From Okamejei kenojei (taxonomy: Eukaryota), in NCBI GenBank assembly GCA_035221665.1, contig CM069133.1:7502001-7566000 (forward strand): a DNA stretch of 64,000 nt. The letters run 5' to 3'. The position numbers and the translations under genes were made by a program. Shown here one piece after another: positions 1 through 10,842 of this stretch. Position 1 is the first letter of the stretch, and each line of letters opens with the position of its first letter. Under the pieces are notes generated by a model. The model had not been told where the DNA came from and did no database searches. It saw only the letters and a program-made list of their open reading frames with translations.

Positions 1-2580
1 ATCACCAGCTCTAGCTCCAGCGCCATTCTAGCTCCAGTACTAGCCCTAGCTCAATCTCCAGCTCCATCTCCCATATCTAGATTTAGCTCCAAATTGGGGG
101 GGGCTGAAGGCGCTCCAGCTCCATCTGCATCTCTAGCGCTCTACAGCTTTCTCAGATCTATCTCCATCTCCAGCTCTAGGCTCATGCTCTATTTCCAGCT
201 CAAGCTCTCGCATCATCTCCAGCATCAATCGTCAGCTCGAGCTCAGCTCCATCTCCAGCTCCATCTACAGATCTCGCTTTAGCTAATCTCCAGTTGCAGA
301 AACTCCATCTTAGCTCAATTTCCAGCTCTAGCTCTACGAGCTGTGCTAGCTACAGTTTCCTCTCCAGTTCCATCTACAGGTTCATCTCCAGCTCTAGCTC
401 CAGCTCCAGCGCCAATTCCAGCTCCAATTCTAGCTCCAGCTCTATTGCAAGCTCCATCTCCAGCTCCACATCCATATCTAGATTTAGCTACATCCCCAGC
501 TCCAGCTTTAGCCCAATCCCCAGCTCAATCGCCAGTTCTAGCTCTAGCTCCACCTCCATCTCCATCTGCATCTCCATCTCCAGCTCCATCTCTAGCTCCA
601 TCTCCAGCTCCATTTACTGCTCCATCTCCAGTTCCAGCTCTACATGGATGTAGTTAAATCTAGATCTGGATATGGAGCTGGAGATGGAGCTTGAGCTAGA
701 GGTGGAGCTAGAATTTGAGCTAGAATTGGAGCTGGAGCTGGAGCTAGAGCTGGAGATGAACCTGGAGGTGGAACTGGAGATGGAGCTGTAGCTAGCACAG
801 CTCATAGAGTGAGAGCTGGAAATTGAGCTAGAGATGGAGTTTGAACTGCATCTGGTGATGGAGCTAAAGCGAGATCTGTAGATGGAGATGGAGCTAGAGC
901 TGGTGCTGGAGATGGAGCTAGAGCTAGAGCTGACGATTGAGCTGGAGATGATGCTAGTGCTTGAGCTGGAAATAGAGCATGAGCTAGAGCTGGAGATGGA
1001 GCTGTAGATGGAAGCTAGAGCTGGGGCTGGAGATAAGAGCTGAGATTAGAGCTTTAGAGCTAGAGCTGCAGATGGAGCTCGAGATGCAACTTGAGTTAGT
1101 GAAACAGCTAGAGATAGAGCTGGAAATGGAGCTGTAAGTGGAGCTGGAGGTAGAGCTATTTCTAGAACTGGAGATAGACATGGAGCTGAGAGCTGGAGGT
1201 AGAGCTAGGAGATGGAGCTAGAGCTGGAACTGGGAAAGGAGCTTTAGCTAGATGCAGCTGGAGATGGAGCTGGTGATGGAGCTACAGCTAGAGCAGGAGA
1301 GCGAGCTGGAGATGAAGCTGGAGATGGAGTTGCAGATTCAGCTGCAGATGGGACCTGGAGCTGGAAGCTGTAGATGGAGCAGAGGGTGGACATAGGGCTA
1401 GAGCTAGAGCTGGACCTCGATTTGGAGATGGAGCTGGGGATAGAGTTGGAGTTGGAGCTGGAGATGGAGCTAGAGATGGAGATAGCTAGAGCTGGAATTG
1501 GAGATGGAGCTGGAACTGGAGAATTGAGATGGATGTTAGAGTTGGAGATGGAGCTGGAACTGCAGATGGAGCTAGAAGCTGCAGATGCAGGTGGAGCTGG
1601 AGGAGATGGAGATGGAGCTGGAGGAGATGGAGATGGAGCTGGAGGTGTAGGGCTGGAGCTGGGGCTAAAGATGGAGGTGGAGCAGGAGCTGGAGGGAGCT
1701 GGAGCTGGAGATGGAGCTGGATCTAGAACTGGAAATTGAGCTGGAGATTGAGCTAAACATGGAGCTGGAGATGGAGCTGGAGGTAGTGCTGGAGATGGAA
1801 GTTGAGATGGAGCTAGAGATGGGGATGAGCTGCAACTGCAGATTGAGCTAGAGCTGCAGATGGAGGTGGAGCTGGAAGAGATGGATGGAGCTAGAGCTGG
1901 AGGTGTAGAGCTGGAGCTGGTGCTGAAGATGGAGGTGGAGCAGGAGCTGGAGGGAGCTGGAGCTGGAGATGGAGCTGGAGCCAGAACTGGAAATTGAGCT
2001 GGAGATTGAGCTAATGATGGAGCTGGAGATGGAGATGGAGCTATACCTAAAGCTGGAGCAGGAAATGGAGCACAAGATCGAGCTGGAGCTGGAGATGGAA
2101 GTGGAGATGGAGTGGTAGCTAGAGTTGCAGATGCAGCTGGAGATGGAGCTAGGGCTAGAGTGGGAGATTGAGCTGGTGATTGAGCAGCGTCTAGAGCTGA
2201 CGATGGAGCTAGAGATGGAAATGCATCTCCATCTCCAGCTATAGCTCCAACTCTAGCTCCACCTCTAGCTCTAGCTCTTGCTCCATTTTCAGCTCCAGCC
2301 CCATCTCCAGCTCCAGGTCCATCTCCATCACCAGCTCTCGCTCCAACTCTAGCTCCAGTTCCAGCTCCATCTCCAGCTCCATCTCCATCTCCAGCTCCAT
2401 GTCCAGTTGTACCTCCAGTTCTAGCTCTAGCTCCAGGTCCGGCTCCCCTAGCTCCATCTTCAGCTCCATCTTCAGCTCCATCTCCAGCACACCATCTTAT
2501 AGCACACATCTCCATCTTTAGCTCTATTTCCAGCTCCAGCTCAAGCTCCATCTCCAACAGTATCTCCAGCTTCAGCTCTA
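1..2580. repeat. AGCT-rich hexamer satellite (GGAGCT/GGAGAT/AGAGCT variants); orientation flips at ~645 and ~2220
   Basis: Continuous degenerate CTCCAG/CTCCAT/CTCTAG hexamers. C-rich on + at 1-645 and 2221-2580, G-rich on + at 646-2220. It explains the spurious ELEME/APSP ORFs. Confidence 0.95.
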
Positions 2581-2670
2581 TAATAACAGTTATAAAACAA
2601 TAAACTATCATAACATACCATAATAGATGATACTGTGACTGTTTTAGGTATGGAGCTATATAGTGTCGTC

Positions 2671-3737
2671 TACTGGTTTGTAATTCCCCGTTTTTTCTCT
2701 CGCTCCTTTCTTAAAAAGTGGGATAACATTAGCTATCCTCCAATCCACAGGAACTGATCCTGAATCTATTGAACATTGGAAAATGATCACCAATGGAGTC
2801 CAACTATTTCTAGAGCCACCTCCCTGAGGACCCTGGGATGCAGACCATCAGGCCCAGGGGATTATCATCCTTCAGTCCCATTAGCCTGCCCAATATTATT
2901 TCTCGCCGAATGAAAATTTCTTTCAGTTCCTCTACCCCCTTAGATCCTCTGTCCTCTAGTACATCTGGGAGATTGTTTGTGTCTTCCTTAGTGAAGACAG
3001 ATCTGAAGTACCTATTCAACACTTCTGCCATTTCCTTGTTGCCCATAATTATTTCACCCGTGTCTGCCTTCAAGGGATCCACATTTGACTTTGCCACTCT
3101 TTCCCTTCCTAAAGAAGCTTTTACTGTCCTTTATATTCCTGGCCAGCTTCCCCTCGTACTTCATCTTTTTAGCCCGTTTTGTTTCCTTCTGTTGTCCTAT
3201 GAACGTTTCCCAATCCTCTGGCTTCTGGCTACTCTTTGCTGTGTTATACATCTTTTTTAGTTTTATTCTATCCCTAACTTCTCTTGTCGGCCACGGTTGC
3301 CTCCTACTCCCCTTAGAATCTTTCTTCCTTTTTGGAATGAAATGATCCTGCGTCTTCCGGATTATGCCCAGAAATGCCTGCCATTGCTTTTCCACCGTCA
3401 TTCCTGCTAGGATCCCTTTCCAGTCTACGTTGGCCAGCTCCCCTCTCATGCCTTCATAGTTCCCTTTGTTCAACTGCATCACTGCCACTTCCGATTTAAC
3501 CTTCTCCTTCTCAAATTGCAGATTATAACTAATCATATTATTATCATTACTTCCAAGCGGTTCCTTTACCTCGAGTTCTCTTATCATATCTGGTTCATTG
3601 GACAACACTAAATCCAGAATTGCCTTTTCTCTGGTCGGCTCCATTACAAGCTGCTCTAAGAATCCATCTCGGAGGCACTCTGCAAACACTCTTTCTTGGG
3701 GTCCTGAACCAACCTGATTTTCCCAGTCTACCTGCAT
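2671..3737 (-). mobile_element. CR1 LINE ORF2 fragment (endonuclease C-terminus and linker)
   Basis: ORFs 3054-3737 (FLEQLVMEPTREKAILDLVLSNE) and 2810-3097 (EMAEVLNRYFRSVFTKED) are typical CR1 ORF2. Confidence 0.9.
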
Positions 3738-4024
3738 ATTTTAAGGATAAGTCTTTTAGGACCAAGATGAGAAAATCATTTTTCACACAGAGAGTGGTGA
3801 ATCTGTGGAATTCTCTGCCACAGAAGGTAGTTGAGGCCATTGGCTATATTTAAGAGGGAGTTAGATGTGGCCCTTGTGGCTAAAGTGAACAGGGGGTATG
3901 GAGAGAAGGCAGGTACAGGATACTGAGTTGGATGATCAGCCATGATCATATTGAATGGCGGTGCAGGCTCGTAAGGCCGAATGGCCTACTCCTGCACCTA
4001 TTTTCTATGTTTCTATATTTCTAT
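3738..4024 (+). mobile_element. CR1 3' end inserted into the minus-strand CR1
   Basis: FFTQRVVNLWNSLP C-terminus, 3'UTR and (TTCTATGT)n tail. It interrupts the host GDFN|MQVDW motif, with ATATT on both sides. Confidence 0.85.
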
Positions 4025-4629
4025 ATTGAAATCCCCCTTCACCACAGTACCTTTGTTACATGCCAGTTTTAACTCCTGCTGCAACTTACACTCTACATCC
4101 AGGCTACTATTTGGGGGTTTGTAAATAACACCAATTAGTGTCTTCTTGCCTTTACAATTCCTCAACTCATCAGTCCCTATGTCTTCCCTCGCAAGGGACT
4201 GAATTCCATCCCTCACCAGCAGAGCTACCCCCCCTCCTCTGCCCACCTGCCTGTCCTTTCTATAGGATGTATAACGCTGAATATTAAGATCCTCCTGCAG
4301 CCACGTCTCAGTAATCCCCACAATGTCATATCTACCAACCTCTAACTGAGCCTCAAGCTCATCTACTTTACTTCTTAAACTTTGCGCATTCATATACAAT
4401 ACTTTTAATTCCTTACGCATCTCATCTTTCACATTGATCCCTATTACACATGGCCATACTCTCCTATCCCTTTGTGAGCTTCCTTTCCCGTTAATTCTGG
4501 GGTCATTAACCATCCCTTTACTCTCTTTCCCTGTAACTCCATCCTCGACTATCCCATTTGACACTCCACCCCCCTTATTCAGTTTAAACCCACCCGTGTA
4601 GCAGTGGCAAACCTGCCTGCCAGAATGCT
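4025..4629 (-). mobile_element. CR1 ORF2 N-terminal AP endonuclease (continuation of 2671-3737)
   Basis: ORF 4013-4657: LYMNAQSLRSK...IVGITETWL...RKDRQVGRGGGVAL...GDFN. Confidence 0.9.
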
Positions 4630-4738
4630 GGTTCACCTGCACCTCCTCCAACCTCATCTATTGCATCCGCTGCTCTAGGTGTCAGCTGCTGTACATCGGT
4701 GAGGCATGGCAATCGCTTTGCCCAACACCTCTGCTCAG
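4630..4738 (+). mobile_element. Penelope-like element GIY-YIG fragment, 5' half (split by Tx1)
   Basis: TCTSSNLIYCIRCSRCQLLYIGE; colinear with the uninterrupted copy at 38660-38790. Confidence 0.8.
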
Positions 4739-7700
4739 TTTTCTTTTCAAAATAGACTTTATTTAGGTAATAAATATATACTATTCATGAACCGTGCAAA
4801 AAAAATTCATCCGATATTTTTGGAGGCTCTAGAAATTGTTCAATACAGTCTACATACATTGCTCAAATTTCATGAATTTGTCCCCCATCCTTACCACTCA
4901 TGTGGCCCACTGCCATAGAATCCCTTCCCTTATTTTGAGGGGTGTCTCCACCACACCCTGCCCCCCATGTCCAGCAGCGGAAGGACCTTAGACTGTGGTC
5001 CTCCCCCACCGAGCCTTGGCGTTGGCTGCACCGAGCTTCAGTGCGTCCCTCAGCACGTACTCCTGCAGTCTGCAGCGGGCCAGTCGGCAACATTCCCTGA
5101 CGGACATCTCGCTCTGCTGGGTGGTGAACAATGATCGGGCAGACCAAAGAGCGTCTTTCACCGAGTTGATGACCTTCCAGCAGCACTCAATGTCAGTCTC
5201 TGAATGTGTCCCTGGGAACAGTCCGTAAATCACAGAGTCTGTGACGGAGCTGTTCAGAATAAACCGTGACAGGGACCCTTGCAGACCTCTCCAGACTCTC
5301 TTTGCGAATCCACACTCTGCAAAGAGGTGGGCAACCGTCTCCTCTCCAAAGCAGCCATCCCGAGGGCAGCGTGCTCTGGCAGTGAGGTTCCGACGGTGCA
5401 GGAAGGATCTAACTGGGAGGGCTCCCCTCACCGCCAGCCAAGCCAGGTCTTGGCACTTGTTGGTGAGTTCTGGCGATGAGGCATTTTGCCTTACAAGCTG
5501 GACAGTCTGCTCTGGGAACCACGTCACTGGATCCATGGAGTTCTTTCCATGCAGTGCCTGCAGGACGTTCCATGCTGACCACTGCCCGATTGACTTGTGA
5601 TCAAAGGTGTTCGTCTGGAAGAACCTTTCCACAAACGACAGATGGGGGCGGCAATGTCCAGTTGACTGACACATTGCGTGGCATCTGCTTCACAACACCG
5701 GGGACAGGTAGAACTTGGTGCCCACGTGCCTTGCCCCTACGCTCCGCCTGATGCATCCACACATGAAGGTGGCCATCAGGGTGAGGGCGACATTGGGCAC
5801 GCTTTTACCCCCTTTGTCTGCCGACTTGTGCATTGTGGCCCGTCGCACCCGGTCTATCCTCGACCCCCAGATGAACTGGAAGATGGCCCGGGTGATCCCT
5901 GTGGCATAGGAGGGAGGGACAGGCCACACTTGCACCAAGTACAGCAGCCCAAGAGCACCTCACACCTGATCTTTCCCCCTTATGGCGAGGGAGCGTTGCT
6001 TCCACAGCTCCAGCTTCTTCCCCACCTTGGCTATCCGCTCCAGCCAATTCTTGTCACATGCCTCAGCCCCCCCGAACCAGATCCCCAGCACCTTCAAGAA
6101 GTCAGGCTTGATGGTGAAGGGGATGGAAGATCAGTCGGGCCAGTTGCCAAAGCATGGCCTCGCTCTTCTTGCGGTTTACACTGGCTCCCGTGGCCGACTC
6201 CAACAGGTCGCAGATGCTGATCAATCTGCGGACCGACCCTGGATCCGAGCAGAAGACGGCGACATCGTCCATGTACAGGGAGGTTTGGACCTGACTGCCT
6301 GGCAATGTCACTCCTCTTATGCTCGCGTCCTTCCTGATGGACTCGACAAAAGGTCTCCTGATGGACTCAATACAACAGACGAGAGAGAAAGGGAGAAAGG
6401 ACTGACTCTAGACCTGACTCCAGACCTGACGGGGAAGCTGTCTGATTCCCACCCATTGGTTTGGACTGCATTACAGATATCGATGTAGAGCAGTATGATC
6501 CAATTTCTGATTCCCTCCCCAAACCCCACTTTGGAGAGCATGTCCCCCATGTACGTGTGCGAAATCCTGTCGAAGGCCTTTTCCTGGTCCAAGCTGACTA
6601 GACAGGCATCCACCCGTCTGTCCTGCATCGTAGGCGATGGTTATCTTCAGCAGCGCTAGGCTGTCTGAGATTTTCCTGCCAGGTACAGCACAGGTTTGGT
6701 CCGGGTGGATCACCCGTCCCAGGGCAGACTTGACCCGGTTGGCGATGGCCTTGGACAGGATCTTGTAATCGACATTCAACAATGTAATGCATCTGCAATT
6801 CCCCATTCTGCTTTGTAGATTAGGGTGATGCTGCCGTCCTTGAGTCTGACATGCTGCCAGCTAGAAGCATGTCGTTGTACACTTCCAGCAGGTCCATGCC
6901 CACCCTGTCCCACAGAGCCAAATACAACTCGGCCAGTAAGCCATCACTTCCAGGAGTTTTACTCAAGTCAAAGGAATGGATGGAGCCAGTCAGCTCCTCT
7001 AGGGTCAGTGGTTGGTCCAGACTCTTCCACCTGCTGTCCTCCAAGACCTCTGTGACAGGAAGTTCTGGGAGGCTGTGCTGTCTGTGGCCTTTCTGTCATA
7101 CAAATCCGTATAAAAGGATTTGCAGATCCTCAGCATATCCGTCTGCAAGGATGTTACCGAGCCTTCCTCCTCCCTAAGGCTGTTCATCACAGAGCTCCCC
7201 CTGTGATCCTTATGGAAAAAGAAGCGTGAGCACGTCTCCTCCTGCTCCACATGGCGGACCCTGGATCGGAAGATGATCTTGGAGGATTCAGAGGTAAAGT
7301 GCCGAGCTTGCTGGCCCTTCCACTCTACGTTCCTCCCTCACATCCACCCCGCTCGACTGCAGAAGGAGCAGTGGCTGCAAATCTGTCTGGAGTTGGCACA
7401 ATTCCCTCTGACTCTCTGAACCCCTTTAAATATGAAGAACTTCTTATTGTTCTCATTGGTTGCTTCCCATCAGTGTCGGGGAGTCAAAGAGGGGCTTCAC
7501 CGTTCTCCAACATGCGTAGTCCCTCTTTAGCTCCTCAACGTTCTCTGGGGTCAACTGTTTCACATTTAAACTTCCACGTCAGTGTGGGTGACAGGAGGCC
7601 TGAAGGAGGCAATGGTCAGAGACGAAGTGTGAGGGTCGGTGGGTCTGACCGTGACGGCCTTTGTCTGTTTCAGCGCTGCCGGATCGTCCAGCCGCATCAA

Positions 7701-7823
7701 TGATGCAGTTGAAAGTCACCGGCCAGACAGAATGAGCTGTTGGGACATGGCCAGCAGCGATGGGAGCTGCTGGAGAACGGCCAGCCACTCGCTCTGCACG
7801 GGTGAGGCATACACATTAATCAG

Positions 7824-7866
<43 letters not shown>

Positions 7867-9657
7867 AACCCGCCCCCCCCCCCCCCCCTCCCCCCCCCGG
7901 TTTTTTTTTGAAGAACCACGGTAACATAACATCCACGAGTCGACGCCCCCCAACACCCACCTGACCTCCGTGATGACGAAACTCCCTCCCCGCAGCAAGA
8001 TCCCCCCAGACTAGAAGCGTGACAGTCATTGCCTCCCGACCACACCGACAGCCCGTGGGGCCACCATCGTGACCACCTCCGATCAGCAGCGGAGGTGTGG
8101 CCGCCCGCACTCCTGCAGAAAAGTCACGTCCGCCTTGACCTTGGCCTGGTACTGCAAGGCGTTCACACATTGTGCTGTGTTCTTTATACTGATGCCAGTT
8201 TTAGCTCCATTGTCCATTAAAGTCACTGACCGGCATCTTGCCCCTCATGCCCACCGCTTTGGTGGATTGCAGCACCATACCAGGGCTTAGGTATTAGGTG
8301 CCAGCATCCTCAAGGAGGGGCGGTTCCCTCTGGCGTAACCGGCGTTGTTGTCGGGGGGGACCCTCCTTGTTCCGCCCCCTTCTGCGTGCACCGACCCGTC
8401 CATCTCCTACAGCTGGGGTACGCTGGCTGATTCACTGCTCCTGGTCTTCCGGAGCTGTAGCTGGGGCCCATTGGCCACTGCACTGCTTCCCGGTATTCCG
8501 GAGCCAGGGCCCATCCGCCGCTGCACTGCTCCTGGTATCCCGGAGCTGGGGCCCATCCGCCGCTGCACTGCTCCTGGTATCCCGGAGCTGGGGCCCATCC
8601 TCTGCCATTTTCCTCCTCTGCCTCCGTCATCGGGTCGTCAAGGTCGCCTTATCCTCCAACGAGGAGAGGTTGCTGGCATCTGTCTGGGGAAGAACTCTTT
8701 TTTTGGACTTACCCGTCCCTTCTGGCTTCGGCATTTTGGGCTGAACCCTCTGGTGTTTCTTCCTGTTCACTACGTGCCATTCCTCCTGCTGCTCCCCCTC
8801 TTCCATTGACTCTCCCCCCTGGACAGGGGGCTGGGGGTCTCTGTCCAGCACTTGGGGGCTCGAGGTGGTTGGCCTGTCCTTATCTCTGTTCTCCCTATCT
8901 GCTGGGGTCTTGGTGGGTGTCTCGCCCACCCTGAGGGTGCTGGCAGCAGCCCCTCTTGTCGCCTGTGCGTACGTGCAGGCCCTTCTAGGGCAGGCCCTGT
9001 AGAGATGGCCTGCCTCCCCCCCAACACAGGGTGCCAGTTCTTGCTGGCTTTGACACTCCTTTGTCTCGTGGCCCTCCAGCTTGCAGTTCTTGCTGACAAC
9101 TGCACTGCATTTGTTGTGCTGCCACATGCCCAGGTTTGTTGCATTTCCTGCACAACCTGGGTTTGCCCGCGTAGGTCATGTACCCTCGGTTCCCTCCGTT
9201 TAGCAAACACCAAGGGAGGGTGGATGATGTCTCCGTTCTTGTCCACCCTCAGCTTCAACTTCACTTGCTGCATGCTCGTCCAGATCCTGAACAGGTCCTT
9301 CACATCTACACAGTTCCCTGCTCCCCTCGACATAGCGAGGCAAGGAAGGTGATCATCCGTACCTTCTGGGTGGGGGTGAGGGGGATGCAAAGAGCGGCTG
9401 CACCTTCAGCAGCGACAGCGGGAACCTCGTTCACCTTCTCCCGGAAGTCTTGCATCAGCTTCTGCCATTCCGGTCGGACCCTGTAAAGTAACATCTAAAT
9501 TTCCGTTACCCGGGAAGTCCTGGAGGCAGAAGCTGTCCTTGGCCTCGAATTTGCAGGCCTCTAGCAACAAGACCTTCCTCATGAAGGGAGTCCCCTCGCT
9601 GAGTATTAACTTTTAACTGACTCTAAGAGTATTGTGGATACCCTCCCCTGCCAGGTA
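4739..9657 (-). mobile_element. Near full-length, frameshifted Tx1-clade (L1 group) LINE
   Basis: ORF1 remnants with CCHC knuckles (CRKCNKPGH, CKLEGHETKEC, GEAGHLYRAC; ~8220-9650). ORF2 remnants include EN (FLQECG), RT (KTPGSDGL, ITLLNVDYKILSK, LDQEKAFDRI, LYMDDV) and a C-terminal CPRDGC..ETVAHLFAEC. AATAAA plus an A-rich tail at ~4740-4765. Confidence 0.9.
8455..8600. repeat. 42-bp tandem repeat (~3.5 copies) in the Tx1 ORF1 region
   Basis: Unit GGAGCTGGGGCCCATCCGCCGCTGCACTGCTCCTGGTATCCC; reads APAPGYQEQCSGGW on the minus strand. Confidence 0.9.
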
Positions 9658-9838
9658 TAACCAACCAGTAGCTCAGCACTTCAACTCTCCCTCCCATTCT
9701 GAATCCAACCTTTCTGTCCTGGGCCTCCTTCATGGCCAGAGTGAGTCCCACCATAAATTGGAGGAGCAGCACCACATATTTTGCTTGAGTAGTTTACACC
9801 CCAGCAGTATGAACATCGACTTCTCCAATTTCAGATAG
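9658..9838 (+). mobile_element. Penelope-like element GIY-YIG C-terminal fragment, 3' half
   Basis: NQPVAQHFNSPSHS...KLEEQHHIFCLSSLHPSSMNIDFSNFR*; colinear with 38790-38980. Confidence 0.8.
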
Positions 9839-10770
9839 TAGCAATGTTACAAAATTTTTAGATTTTTAAAATCAAGTCTGCAATTTATCTCACCAGATAA
9901 AGCATAAAAAGAAGTTTAATTTAACACCTAATTCACTTTCATATCTTCAGTATTATAAAAGTTATGACCATTTTCATACTCGGAAATTAGCGTCTTGTTC
10001 CCTATTGCTTTTCCGTTGATTTAACACAAAAGCTGTGATCGAGGACAGTCAAAAGCCCATAACCATCTTAAAAATTAAGAGAACTGAATGAAATGTTCAG
10101 TTATTATAGGTTGAAGCATTCTGAAACAAATATAAAACATCTTACTTGGATGACCAGAAATTAAAGCATATAATTAGCTAGTTATCTAATTGTAGCTAAT
10201 TACAAAGTTGACCGTTGTGTCCAAATAGTAATAAACACCCAGACTGCCTTGAAAATTAAAAAATGTTATATTCTCAAGATCGGAACTTTAACATTATTGT
10301 ATTATATGCTGTAAGTCTGTAACATAGGTAAATAAATTACAATTTCTAGCAATAGACCATGCTGCAGCCAGCTCTCCTCCAAAAACGCAGCCATTTTTTT
10401 TCCCCGCTGGCGATTTTGGCTTATTTCGTTGCCGATTTTGCTGCCTCCACTCCTCCACTTCCTCCACTCCGCCCCCCCCCCCGGCCCGGCTCGGCTCGGC
10501 TTTATCACGCTGACTCAAGCCAAAGATCGCCTCATCCACGGCTGCTTTTCACCGTGTTCTGAAATACAGCGGGGGAACAGCCGATCTTTCCCCTGAGCCA
10601 GAGGGAAGGCAGGGACAACTTCCAATCCATCAGCAGGGTCGCTCTGTTAATGGATTCATTCCACAGTGAGTTCAGTTCGCTAACAACCCCCCCCCTCCCC
10701 CCCTCCCCCACGTACTTGGGGACTGAAGCACGTTCGGGGACCAGACCCAACGGGTCTGCACCTGGTCTAG
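9839..10770 (+). mobile_element. Non-autonomous Helitron-like element
   Basis: 3' hairpin CAGACCC-AAC-GGGTCTG (10742-10758), then 8 nt, then a CTAG terminus (10767-10770) followed by T. No TIR or TSD. The 5' boundary is approximate. Confidence 0.6.
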
Positions 10771-10782
10771 TATACTTTTAAA

Positions 10783-10784
<2 letters not shown>

Positions 10785-10841
<57 letters not shown>
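10785..10841. repeat. (TG)n microsatellite
   Basis: Pure TG run. Confidence 0.98.

Positions 10842-10842
<1 letters not shown>

Noticed and set aside
1244-2611. 455-aa Ala/Pro/Ser-rich ORF and the many ELEME/APSPAP ORFs (also 48-53 kb and 60-64 kb)
   Set aside because: They are translations of a stop-poor hexamer satellite, open in several frames on both strands, with no splice or domain evidence.
7824-7910. Poly-C/poly-G runs (also 11134-11160, 13877-13953) as G-quadruplex or poly-Pro/Gly coding
   Set aside because: They interrupt otherwise colinear LINE ORFs and are likely inflated homopolymers from sequencing.
10662-10690. CACAGTG heptamer followed by ACAACCCC, resembling an RSS
   Set aside because: The spacing is 14 nt rather than 12 or 23, the nonamer is poor, it lies inside a Helitron-like repeat, and no V or D sequence is adjacent.
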